64,000 bases of DNA, from NCBI RefSeq assembly GCF_036321535.1, contig NC_087453.1:496001-560000 (forward strand), written 5' to 3'. The translations under genes were made by a program, and so were the position numbers. Below the pieces are notes generated by a model. The model was not told the origin of the DNA. It did not search any database and worked only from the letters and a program-made list of their open reading frames with translations. Below, in pieces: positions 24,864 through 48,860 of this stretch (positions within the stretch are counted from its first letter, which is position 1; every line of letters begins with the position of its first letter). This stretch comes from Camelus dromedarius (lineage: Eukaryota).

Positions 24864-25066
24864 CTGGGGGCGGTGGTACTGGGGGCGGTGGAACTGGGGG
24901 TGGTGGAACTGGGGCGGTGGTACTGGGGTGGCGGTACTGGGGGCAGTGGAACTGGGGCGGCGGTACTGGGGGCGGTGGAACTGGGGGCGGAGGTACTGGG
25001 GCGGCGGTACTGGGGGCGGTGGAACTGGGGCGGTGGTACTGGGGGCGGTGGAACTGGGGTGGTGGT
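24864..25066 (+). repeat. G-rich minisatellite, about 14 copies of a 14-15 bp unit CTGGGG(G)CGGTGG(T/A)A
   Basis: Directly visible tandem array with variant units. Confidence 0.92.
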
Positions 25067-25458
25067 AACAGGGCGGTGACGGCCCCCAGTGGGGCCTGGG
25101 CAGGGCCTGGGGGTATTGTCTTCCCTTGGGGAATCCCAGCCCAGGAGGCGGGAAAGAGCGGAGCCTGTGCTGGGCCCACAGCTGGTCATGGAGGGGGTGG
25201 GTGGGGGAGATGTGGGAGGGGCTGGGGCCCAGGGGTGGAGCCCTCAGGGCAGCCACATGCTGGGCTGAAGCTTCTCGCTCCAGGGGTCAGTGTTCTGGAA
25301 AGACCGGCAGGGGCTCTCCCTGGAAAAGGTGCAGGAGCTGGAGGCCTGGGGCTTGAGGGTGGGCTGGGTTGGGTCAGGAAAGACACTCACAGCTGCTGCC
25401 GCCTTTCAAGTGTAAGCAGGTTGGTCTCTCTCATTGTGTGCATGTGTTTACTCTCCTC

Positions 25459-25464
25459 TTTATT
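25459..25464 (-). terminator. Poly(A) signal AATAAA for FNDC11
   Basis: tttatt on the + strand, 20 nt past the FNDC11 stop codon. Confidence 0.6.
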
Positions 25465-25484
25465 AGTGGATAAATATCAGAAAA

Positions 25485-26486
25485 TCATCTCTCGGAAGGT
25501 GTGGTCAGGGGCAGGCCTGGCTTGCCCAGCCGACTGGGGGCAGGCCCTTCGGGGGGCCCTGGCCTGGTCTGCAGGGTGAGGCTGTCCCGCCAGGGCTCGT
25601 ACACCAGCGTGTAGCTCTCGGCCCGCTTGACGGTGAACCTGTAGGAGCGGTTGGGCAGCAGGTTCCGGACGTCGAAGGTGCAGGCGGCCACGGGGATGAT
25701 GCCGCACTGCAGGCACTCCTGCTGTGTCCGTGGGTCCAGCAGCTTGAAGCGCAGCTCAAACTGCTCGGGCACAGCTGGCTGGATGGTGACGAACCAGCGC
25801 AGGCTGACCCAGTCCTGGTAGGCCACCGACTCCTTGCGGTCGAACATGACAGGCATCTTGGTGCTCAACATGAGTCGGATGTGCGGGATCTTGGTGGCGC
25901 CAACGTCGGACACGAGGCGGTGCTTGATGTGCAGACGCCCCGGCACCATCATGGCCAGGAAGCTGTCCATGATGGCCGACAGGTCCGCCAGCCGCCGCTC
26001 CACGAGCCCCCAGCCGGCCAGGAAGGGCCGAGGGTCGGGCGACTCAAGCAGGGAGTCCAGCGCAGCGCGGCCGTGGTCCANNNNNNNNNNNNNNNNNNNN
26101 NNNNNNNNNNNNNNNNNNNNNNNNNNNNNNNNNNNNNNNNNNNNNNNNNNNNNNNNNNNNNNNNNNNNNNNNNNNNNNNNNNNNNNNNNNNNNNNNNNNN
26201 NNNNNNNNNNNNNNNNNNNNNNNNNNNNNNNNNNNNGGATCTCGATGTAGTAGGAGCACTTTCTGAGGAGCTCCATGCGGGCGTGGTGGCGCTTGAGCAG
26301 CTGGGGGCTCAGGTCTGAGGTCAGGAACTCGCGCAGAGCGTTGCGGCGCTCCACGTAGGTCCGCCAGGCCTCGGGCTCCAGCAGCTGCCTGTCCTCAGCC
26401 TCCTCTGCCTCCTCCTGGTCCAGGAAGGACTGGGGGCTGTCCAGCTTCATTTTGTCCAGGCCCAGGCCTGTCACCTGGAAATTCAT
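25485..26486 (-). CDS. FNDC11: Fibronectin type III domain-containing protein 11 (C20orf195 ortholog), single coding exon, 333 aa, interrupted by N gap
   Basis: [26 protein letters not shown]...[36 protein letters not shown]...[25 protein letters not shown] matches FNDC11 as recalled. The ATG at 26486 follows a splice acceptor (cccag|ACCATG; the exon starts at 26489). The ORF-track start at 26957 is intronic read-through. Confidence 0.92.
   Translation of the reverse strand: MNFQVTGLGLDKMKLDSPQSFLDQEEAEEAEDRQLLEPEAWRTYVERRNALREFLTSDLSPQLLKRHHARMELLRKCSYYIEIXXXXXXXXXXXXXXXXXXXXXXXXXXXXXXXXXXXXXXXXXXXXXXXXXXXXXDHGRAALDSLLESPDPRPFLAGWGLVERRLADLSAIMDSFLAMMVPGRLHIKHRLVSDVGATKIPHIRLMLSTKMPVMFDRKESVAYQDWVSLRWFVTIQPAVPEQFELRFKLLDPRTQQECLQCGIIPVAACTFDVRNLLPNRSYRFTVKRAESYTLVYEPWRDSLTLQTRPGPPEGPAPSRLGKPGLPLTTPSER
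26081..26236. other. Assembly gap, 156 N
   Basis: Run of n. Together with 3 flanking bases it spans exactly 53 codons, so the FNDC11 frame is preserved. Confidence 0.99.
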
Positions 26487-27999
26487 GGTCTGGGAGCCGG
26501 GGAAGGGGGAGGGGGGAGGGCATGAGCTAGAACCATCAGACCGGCCTCTGCCACCCACCTGAGGGCTCGCTGGGGGCAGTGTTTGTGTGTGGGTGACTTC
26601 AGGCCCACTGCCCCTCCCACTGCTGGGCCCTCTGCCCTCCCCGGGGGCCGGGGGAGGAGGGCTCATCTCTCTGGAAAGAGGCTGCTTGGAGGGCCAGGCG
26701 GGCAGGCTGCAGATCTGGGTGCAAGTGGACGCTGAGGGGCCAACACTACTGGTTGTTGGCTCTGATGGCATAGGGCAGGGCTGAGACTGCGCTTGGGGCC
26801 AGAACAGCCTGTGCAGAACCCAGCCATTGACCAGTGGTGCGGCCACATCTGGATGGGGTCGCGGTGCCCCTCTGGAGCAGCTGAGAGGACTCAGTGTGAT
26901 CCTGTCTGAGTAGCACCAGACCTCAGGGGGGACACCACTGTCCTGCAGACCCTCCACGCCTCACTGCAGGTGCAAAGCAGAGGACCAAGGTCTCTCAGAG
27001 ACAAGGCAGCTGGGGACGGGGCCAGCTCGGGGGGCAGGCTGGCCGAGGCCTCAGCTCTGAGGAGTAATCGTGCCAGCTCCTGATGGCTGAGGGTGTGTCC
27101 TGGGGTATAACTTGGAGAGCTCACTGACTCCAGGAGAAAGGCCCCTAAGTGATGAGGTGTCAGCACGCTGCCTCACAGGGCGGGTGCCTGAGGCCAGGAC
27201 ACTTTGCAACTTGCTCTCAGTCAGGGCTTTGAGCCCAGCAGGGACCCCAGAGCCTGGGTCTCCTTTTGCACCCTCCCCCACGTGGGTTCCCAGCTCTGAG
27301 TGTCAGTGGGAGGGGGCCAGTGCACCCCCCAGGCCTGGCAGGCCGTGGCCACAAGGCTGGGGCTCCTCGGAGAAGGAGCCAGCACCCCTGGCTGTTGTCC
27401 CAGGTCCCAGCCACTTCCAAGCTCAGTGAGACAGAGCCAGTGGTTTCACTTGGGACATCTCATGTTGTCCCAACCCCGTGAAGTTTGGATGAATTACAAA
27501 TGGGAGCTGAGAGGCTAAGGGACCCGCCCCAGTCTGCACTGCTAAGTGCAAAGTGAGGCTGGGACTCAAGCTGGTCCCCCCACCCTCCGTTGCCCCCTCC
27601 CCCCTGCCCCACCGGCAAAGGCCAGGCCTTGAACTTCCTGGGGCAGAGGCAGACCAGCCTTGGTGCTGCAGAGAGGGTATCAGGGTGAGGTGCCAACAGA
27701 GACTAGGACCCAGGACTCCAAGTCCCATGGTGGCCGGAGGCTGGGGCAGATTCAGGCCACCTCTGGAGGGAACTCTTGGTCCAGATCTGGCTACGGGACA
27801 GAAGTGTGTTCGTTTGCCAGTGGCCAGCGGTCTCAGTTGGAAAACTGTCTAGGGGCTGCTGGTGAACTCTGGGGAAGAAGCTGCCTGCCCTGGCGGGCCT
27901 ACCCAGACCTACATTCTACTCGGCCTCCAACTTCATACCCCTGACCCCAAGCCCACTTCCCCTAAATCAACTTCCACTCGCGCCTGCCTGCCCACCTCC

Positions 28000-28400
28000 G
28001 CCTGCACCCCCAGCCCGCCTCTCCAGCCTCCCCGCGCCTCCAGCCTCCCCGCGCCCGCCCACTTGCCCTGCCTCCCGGAGCGGGCCGAGCAGTGCCGCCC
28101 ACTGTGCGCAGAGCCACCGGCGCCCAGCCTCGCATGCTCGGCGTCCAGCCGGTTGCCATGGGGATCTCCGGCCTCTGTGACGCCCCGCCCTCCCGGGGGT
28201 GGAGGCAGGGTGGGCGGAGAGTCCAAGGCGTGGGGGTCGGACACCTGCGGCTGGAGGGGCTGCGGCAAGATCGCGCGCGGCGCGGTCCCGGGTCCCAGGA
28301 CTCCGATTGAGAGAACCTCTCTTCCCAGCCGAATCTTCAGCCCTGGGCCCGCCTCCTGATCTCAGCTTGGACGGAACCGTCCAGAGGCTTGACTCCCTTC
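28000..28400 (-). promoter_or_regulatory. CpG-rich region, probable FNDC11 promoter and non-coding exon 1
   Basis: High CpG density, an X-box-like GTTGCCATGGGGAT (28152-28165) and a TGACG half-CRE nearby. It lies about 1.6 kb upstream of the FNDC11 coding-exon acceptor. Confidence 0.45.
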
Positions 28401-28974
28401 CCTGGGAACCTGGGGCGTCACAACCCGGGAGCCTCCTCAAGGCAAGGGACGCCTCTTCCTCCAACTACTTGGAGATCAGTGGCGGGAACCCTTCCAGCAT
28501 GGCGTGTCTGCGCCTGGGCTCCCCTCCCAGGCTGTTCCATGGCAGAGCCTCCCCTCGGCACCCCCGTCCCTCCTACTGACCTCACTCTTGGGAGGAGGCT
28601 AAGCCCCAATCAGCCTATCCTCTGGGTCCAGGCCTGAGCGTCGAAGCCCCCGCAGGTCGGGCCTGGGAAGGAGAGCCCTGGGCGCTTACTCAGTAATTAT
28701 GTTCTGTCGTTGTTACGGTTATTTAGGGGTCCGAGGAGCAAGAGTCGGATTATGTGGAAAGGGAGGTGCTGTCTGAAGGTCGAGGGGTGCCTGGCACCTG
28801 GAAAGTGGGGAGGGAATGAAAAGTAGTGGGAGGAAGACCCCAGACCTGCAGCCCACCCACAGAGAGGGGGTGGAGGGGCAGCGCAGCCTTCCTTCCTCCT
28901 CTGGGCCAGGCATGCCCTGGACCTCTGCCAGCTCCCATCTTCTTTTTTTCCCCCTATTTCTCATTCCTCAGCTA

Positions 28975-29200
28975 ATTTATTAAAATTAAACTTTCATTTT
29001 GAGATAATTGTAGATTCATCTGCAGCTGTAAGAAATAACACAGATCCCAGGTACCCTTTGCCAGAAACACCTTGCAGAACTGTCCTACAAGGTCACACCG
29101 GGAGAGTGACCTTGACACAGCCGAGACGCTGGCGACTCCTTCCCCAGAGGGACTTCCCCACTCTGCCTTTTACAGCCCACGAGACCCCACCCACCAGGCC
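28975..29200 (-). mobile_element. L1MC-like 3' end relic directly upstream of the SRMS CpG island
   Basis: TTTTGAGATAATTGTAGATTCATCTGCAGCTGTAAGAAATAACACAGATCCC matches the recalled L1MC 3' terminal consensus. Confidence 0.7.
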
Positions 29201-29564
29201 CCGCCCCATAGCCCCGCCCCGACGCCTGTTTTGGGACACCCTCTTCCAGGCCGCCTCGACTCCGCTTCTTGGGCGGCTCCCACCCCAGCCGCACCCGGAT
29301 CAGAGCAGTCGCGGGCCAGTCTTGCCCGCGAGACACCCTCGAGGCCGGGGAGAGGAGCGGCCGTCGTGTGTCCGGGGCTGGGGGCCCCTGCGCTGGTCTG
29401 CGCACCGCCGGGAGCGGGCGGGGGCTCTGCGCGCTTGGCCGGGAGCCCCTGGGGAGACCGTCCCCCCTACACCGCGCGCAAGCTGAGGCCCCGCGCAGCG
29501 AGGCCCCGCCCGCTCGCCATCCCACCGCCCCTCTGGTGTCTCCCCGTCGGGAGCGTCGCGGGGC

Positions 29565-36463
<6,899 letters not shown>

Positions 36464-38287
36464 CTCGGGCCCCAGACACCTGGCCAGGGCCACCCCCTTG
36501 CTGAGGAGCCTCCCAACCCACAGGACAGGTCAACACACACAGGGGTCTCTGGTGCCCCAAAACTGTTGCCAGCCCGCGCAGCCTCTGGCCGTGGGCCACA
36601 CGCCCTGACACGCTCTGACACTTGCATGGGCACGCAAGGCAGACATATGCAGACACCTGCTCAGACAGAGGAGGGGCTGGGGTCCTCTCCTGGTGTGACT
36701 GGTGTCCCTGGTGGGGTGAGGATCTCTGCAGAGAAGGCCAGATGGAGCCCCCTCAGCTCTCTCAGAGTCAAGAGTGAGAGGTGGGCTTCCCAGTGTCTCC
36801 AAAGTCCTGCTGTGGCCTTACCGAAGCGGCAGGCTGGGGCTCTCTGGCAGACTCGGGGCGCTGGCCACACGTAGCGCAGGCTGGGCACGGCCATCAGCAC
36901 ACGCATCAGCCCCCAGATCACAGCAGGAGCTGGAGCTGACGGCATGGTCCCCCAGCTGGCTTACCACAGCGGAGGAAGAGCTGGTCCCCACCCGCGGGCA
37001 TCTTTGCGCCCAGAACCAGGGACCCAGGGGCAGCATGACTCCTGGGCTGTTGGCAGGAACCGGCTGAGGCTGCAGAAGCTGTACGAACAGCCCTTTCCAT
37101 CTCCCTGGGGCTGGAGCAGAGAGGGCTGGGGAGGGGGGTGGGATGGGTCAGGCCACTGGAAGGTGACTAAGTTATGCTGGGGGTCGGTTCTCTGGGGGTG
37201 GGACAATGGTCAGGGAGGCAGAGTGCCTCAGGCGTGGGGCTGGGTGCTGGCCTGGCTGTGCAGGTAGGGGTGGGGCAGAGGCCATGTCGTCTGGGCACCT
37301 GGGTGATGACCAGCTCCCCTAGGAAAGGAAGCAGCCAGTTTCCAGGATGCGACTTCCCACAGGGCTGGTTTCAAGCCACGTCAGAGTGTCACCAAATGTG
37401 GACTGGGCAGGACATCACATTGGTTCCAGATCACCCTGATGGCTTTGGTCCCCAAGAGACAGACAGTGGAGGGCGGGGACTGAAGCCTTCCCAGAGGGGA
37501 GGGGTGGGCACTGTGGGCAGAGGCAGCCCAAAGGACTAGGTAGGAGGTAGGAACAGGCCACTTCAGGGCCCCAGTCGGCCTGGCTGTGGGTCAGAGCCTG
37601 GGACACCGTCCTCCCGACCCAGGCAGACAGTAGGGGCAGGTGGGTTTGGCCTGAGCCTTTTGGGGCCGCAGGCAGCTAGGGGGTCTGCCTTGGTCTGCAG
37701 CCCTCAGGGGTGGAGCTGGGCTCCTTGGGCTCTGGGTGGTTCCCAGATAAAGTGGTGTGAGGTTCAGGGCTCCGGCCATGCTGGAGGGCTCACCCGCTTT
37801 GTTTCCTGGAAACTGTGGCATGTGCGGAGCGGGGATGGCAGGCGCACTGTGGCCGGAGGGCTGTGCTGGGCGGTGACCGGAGAGGCGGGTGTGCTCAGGG
37901 TTGGGGTCACTGGCACATCCCTGGGGCATCTCTTCAGCACAAGCCAAGCAGGTCTGGTGGTGGTGCCTGGGGAGGGACCAGGGTCTCCACCTCAGAACCC
38001 TCCTGCGGCCCACATCCCAGTGTGGCCCCGGGAAAACCCCCGCACATCCGGCCGAGGCCCTGGACGCGGCGCCCAGGTGTCCCGGCAGCGGTGAAGGGTG
38101 GGCGTGCAGGGTGGGGCCTTGGAGCCCAGGGGAGCTGAGCAGCTCACCGCCCAGCCCTGGGTCCCTGCCCCCTGGGCCTGGCCCCTCCCTGGTCAGAACT
38201 GAGCGGGCTGCTCTGTGTGCTCACAAACTTGTGAAATGACACTTGTACTTGGTTTCAGTGAAGCGAGTGGTCCCATAGTCTCGTCTC

Positions 38288-38293
38288 AATAAA
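38288..38293 (+). terminator. Poly(A) signal AATAAA, probably for SRMS
   Basis: The canonical hexamer I found between the SRMS stop (36463) and the PTK6 ATG (38962). Confidence 0.6.
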
Positions 38294-38961
38294 AGGGAAA
38301 GCACCAGGAAGTAGGGTTAGAGTGTGATTTCCCCTGGTCCTTGTCCTCACCGCCTTCCTGTCGTGGCAGAGTTTCCCTGCTGGGCTCAGGGACTGCGCAG
38401 GCTCCGTGGGTGAGAAGGAGGCACCTGGCACTTGGAGAACCTTCGGTAGTGGGAAGAGACTCAGTGCCCACCGGGGCTTCCAGCAGCCATTCTGCTGAGA
38501 GCTGCCTGTTGTTGTGTCCTGGCTCAATCCCAGCAGCCCTGGGAGGTTTGGGAAGGGAGCGCCCTGGCTTGATCAGCTACCCCACCCTCCCTCCCCTGGT
38601 GCTCAGGTCTGGCCGTGTGGCCAGGGACACCTGAGTGGCTGCTTGGTGGGCAGGTTCCCCACAGCAGGGAGGCAAGATGAGCACCCAGACTGATCTGGCC
38701 CAGGGGTAGGAGGATGGGGGGCAGCTGCTGGGGCCCTCAGGGTGGAGTCGAGGGTGCTTGGGGAGGCCCGGGAGAAGCTGTCCTGGTGGCACAGGTGTGA
38801 CCAGCCCCGCCACCTTGTCAGGGAAGTGGGCAGTGGCCCAGTGGGGCGGGCTGGCCTGTCAGCGTCAGCCCTGCCCACACGCTGCTCCTAGCCAGCGGTG
38901 TCTGAGCCGGGCCAGTGAAGGCGGCGAGGCCAGGAGGCCCAGTTCTGCCACTGTACCAGCC

Positions 38962-45367
<6,406 letters not shown>

Positions 45368-46985
45368 GGAAGGGCCTGAGCAACCGCGGATCAAGGGTGT
45401 GGGCTGACCTTGAGTTACTGAGGATTTGTGCTAAGGCTGCAGCTCATGAACCAACTGGACACTCCCAGGTAGGGGCCCCCGGCAGCACTGGGCCCGCCCT
45501 GTCCCGGGGCAGGGGAGCTCACCCAGTGCAGTCTAGGGCTCAGACTACCCCTTCCTCCCACCTACTCCTCTCGACACCAGCTCTGGAAAGTGCCAGGCCC
45601 TCCACAGCCCACGCCTGCTCTGGAACCCTCCCTTCTTTCCTAAGGGAGGGGACCTGTCCCTGGTCCTGACCCGAAGCCCACTGACTGTCAGGACAGGACT
45701 GAGCCTCCCTGGCTGTGCACGGTGGGGACTTAGGCTTTGGCTGCACTCCCTCTGCCACCTGGCCCTGCCTGACCCCTGAACTTGAGGGGACATGGACTTT
45801 CCAGCACTCTGCATTGACAGGAGCCCTGATGCCTGCTACCTGGTGCGAGGCGGCTGTCCCTGGCCACCTGCCTCAGCAATCAGCAGCTGCCACCAGGGGA
45901 TCTGGGGGCTTCATCTGGACACTGTGGCCAGAAAGACTGGGTGGGGCTCAGGCCAGCCTTGGAGGTATGCCCCCTCCCCCTGGCTCATCACTGTCTACCA
46001 GCCTTTGGACCACAGGGGAGCCCACCCCCCAACTCTGCAGTCTGTGTGGACACACTGAGGGCAAGCAGGACAGAGGGTGCAGCCTTTGGGGGCCACTAGC
46101 CATCCAATTGCCTTGGAATGGACCTGTGCGAATGAGGCAGAGTGCAGATGGGGAGGTCAGAGAATGGGCTCCTTCAAGGGCCTGCTGAGCCCAGCCCATT
46201 AACCTCCCACCAAGCCTCCCTCCACTCCCCCGGTCCACCTCTGCTGGACACCACCAGCCAACCACCAGGAGGCCAGCAGAGGATGAGCCACACCCTCACC
46301 ACCACACACAGAGCCCCTGGAATTGGACTTTGCCCAGAGCTGGGCTGTCCCTGGTGGCAGGGCCCCTCTAGGGCACTCCTACACCTCCTACCCCTCAGCC
46401 TTAGTTTTGGGTGCCTGGGGCCACGCCCCCAGGGTTGGGGAACCCTGTCCAGAGAGCATCTTTCAAGAGGCTAGAAAAAGAAGAGGTGACCCCTTACCAG
46501 AAGGCACCTGGGAAGACGTGGCATATGAACCACCCTACACCAGCTTGAGGACGGCCTCCTCAAGGTCCTCCAAGGGGCACTGGGCTCCTGAACCCAGAGC
46601 CAGAGGCCCAGCCCCCAGCATTAGTGGCAGGGACAAGGGGTGCAGTCAGAGGGCCCTGACCGCAGTGGCTGTCCTGGAGGCCTCCTGTCCAGCTCCTGGG
46701 CTGCCTGCTCTCCCCAGCTCCCCAACATAGCAAGGCACCCTACCCCTTCTCAGATGCGAGGCTCCATGCTCACCAGAGCTGCCTCCCCATGTGCACCTGG
46801 GCCAGACCTTGGAGGTGGCCCCCTAGGGAGGGGCCCCAGGAAGGCCCAGGGAGCAAAGCCAGTTCCCCACCGCCCAGGAAGTGAGAAGGTTGAGGGTATG
46901 GGTGACTTCTCCCAGGGCGGGGGGCGGCAGGGTGCGGGTGGGGCACACAGCTCACACACACCATCAGGCTGATGGCTGCTTGGAG

Positions 46986-46991
46986 TTTATT
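46986..46991 (-). terminator. Poly(A) signal AATAAA for PPDPF
   Basis: tttatt on the + strand about 240 nt past the PPDPF stop. Confidence 0.75.
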
Positions 46992-47231
46992 TTCTACTTG
47001 GTGCAAGGCACAGGGTTGTTAAGTGTCAGGAAGGCTCTCACGTGGCTTGGACAGCAAAGAGTGCGGTTCTCTTAACTTCCTTTTTGGTGTTTTGCTGTTT
47101 TGATATTAAAGAACCCAACCGTTTCTGTTGGCTGTAGCCTGCTTAGTCTCAGGGAGGGGAGGGAAGAGGAGGGGGAGGGCTCTTATGAGCCTAGCGCCTT
47201 GGAAGGAAGCCTGGCAGCTGGTGGCAGCCAC

Positions 47232-47962
47232 TCAGGACGGGGGCCTGGAGTTGGTTTTGCCAGGCTGGCTGCCAGGCTGCTGCTTCCCCACGGCTTCCCG
47301 AACCAGGTCACAGGTGATCGTGCTGGTGGAAGTCTGGGGCGATTCCGAGCTGGGGGAGAGCGTGTGGTCAGAGGTTGCTTTCACCTGCCCACCCCCCTCA
47401 CTGCCCCCCAGGAAAGTGGACTCACTGCTCTGGGGACTCCAACACTGTGGCCATGAATGGGAGAGTGGACTTCCCGAAAAAGAAGCTAGCCCACCAGTGT
47501 CCCAGGTCGGCTTTGGGGAGACCTGAAGGAAGCAAAGTGAAGTCAGGATGCTGCAGCTGGCTCCTTCCAGAGGGCCCCTGGGGACAGATGGGAACGGGGC
47601 CTCCACTCACCCGGGTGGTGGGGGATGGCTTCCCCAGGGTACTCTGCACTTCCGCAGGAGCTGTTACTGGAAGTGGAGCCCAGGCGGCCTGGAGAGAAGA
47701 GGCCCAGTCAGCTCTGCAGGGTACTGAGCCCCCAGCCCACCAGGCCAAATGCTGGCTTTGCTGGCAGCACAGGGCAAGTGCCAGGGATCTTTAGCAGCTC
47801 ACTCCCCACCCAGATAAGGGTTCTCAAGACACTGGAGCTGCCGCCACAGGCTGGGTGAAGGAGGCTGGGTGAGACTTGGGGAGGGCGCGACCGAGGGGCT
47901 TACTTACGCCGGTAGTAGTCGTGGGTGGCCACGAGCGAGCCGCTGGAGGGGATGGCTGCCAT
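47232..47962 (-). CDS. PPDPF: Pancreatic progenitor cell differentiation and proliferation factor, 115 aa
   Basis: complement join(47962-47908, 47688-47611, 47522-47426, 47349-47232) = 348 nt with GT-AG sites. Protein: MAAIPSSGSLVATHDYYRRRLGSTSSNSSCGSAEYPGEAIPHHPGLPKADLGHWWASFFFGKSTLPFMATVLESPEHSESPQTST...NSRPPS. Confidence 0.96.
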
Positions 47963-47999
47963 GATCTTGCTTGGGCTGGTGGAAACCTGCAAAGGCACC

Positions 48000-48860
48000 G
48001 TGGGGGAGCCCCTTTGGTCACCGCTGCCCGTCGAGAGGGACGCTCCCCACCCGGGCTGAGCCGCCCGGTCGGGACGCCAGGCTCAGCCCCACGGGCTCCG
48101 GGGCGGGGCACAAAGGCTGGGTTTGTTTACCCAACCGAGGCGGGGCTCGGGAACTCCCGGCCCGCCCTCTCCGCGCGGGCGGTTCCAACCAGCCCGAACC
48201 GGCCGCGCGGGGTAACAAAGGCGCTTTGTGCGCGGGGCCGCAGGCCTGGGGCTCTGGAAGCGGCCGGCGCGCCCCTAGCTCCGCGTCCCGGGCCCGGCCC
48301 GCCGCCCCTGCCCGCCCGCGGCCCCGGCCCCGCCCGCCCTTCCGTCCTCTCGGCCGCCGTGCGACCCGCCCCGCCACCGTCGCGCACGGGCCGGCCCGCG
48401 CCGCCCGTTAGGGCCGCTCGACCCCACCCTCGCGCCGCCCCAGCCCCTAACCTCGGCGGCGACCCCTCGTGGGCCTCGGCGCACGATCACAGGTGGCGGG
48501 GACGGGGACGCTAGGCCACGGAGCCCATCTGCAGAAGTGACCGCGAGCTACAGCTCCACGACCCAGACGCGCGGGGCGCGCACGCGCGGACGCGTCTCCT
48601 TATACGGCGGCGCCGCAGTCTCGTCACGGGGGGCGGGACGAGCTGGCCCTCAGGCCCCGCCTCGATTCAGGCCCCGCCCAGGACCCCTGCGAGGCCTCGG
48701 CTCGGCCCCTCCCCAAGCACCTCCCCTCCCCAAGCACCTCCCCGCTCCGCCCCCTTGGCCTGGCCCTTGCCGGCCTGTGCCGGCGGAAGTTCAGTCCTGC
48801 GGCGTTGGTCAGACCTGGGCTCCCGAGGCAGCGCACCCTGGCGTGGCCTGGAGTTGGAGT
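48000..48860 (-). promoter_or_regulatory. PPDPF CpG island, promoter and non-coding exon 1 (about 48570-48428)
   Basis: Very CpG-dense. TATA-like TATAAG on the minus strand at 48604-48599, GC boxes, candidate donor GAGG|GTGGGG at 48428 and exon 2 acceptor at 47986. Confidence 0.65.

Noticed and set aside
24864-25066. CRISPR-like array
   Set aside because: Head-to-tail tandem repeat without unique spacers, in a mammalian genome.
24731-25256. Proline-rich and glycine-rich ORFs (PPPVPPPQ, GGGTG repeats)
   Set aside because: These are translations of the minisatellite.
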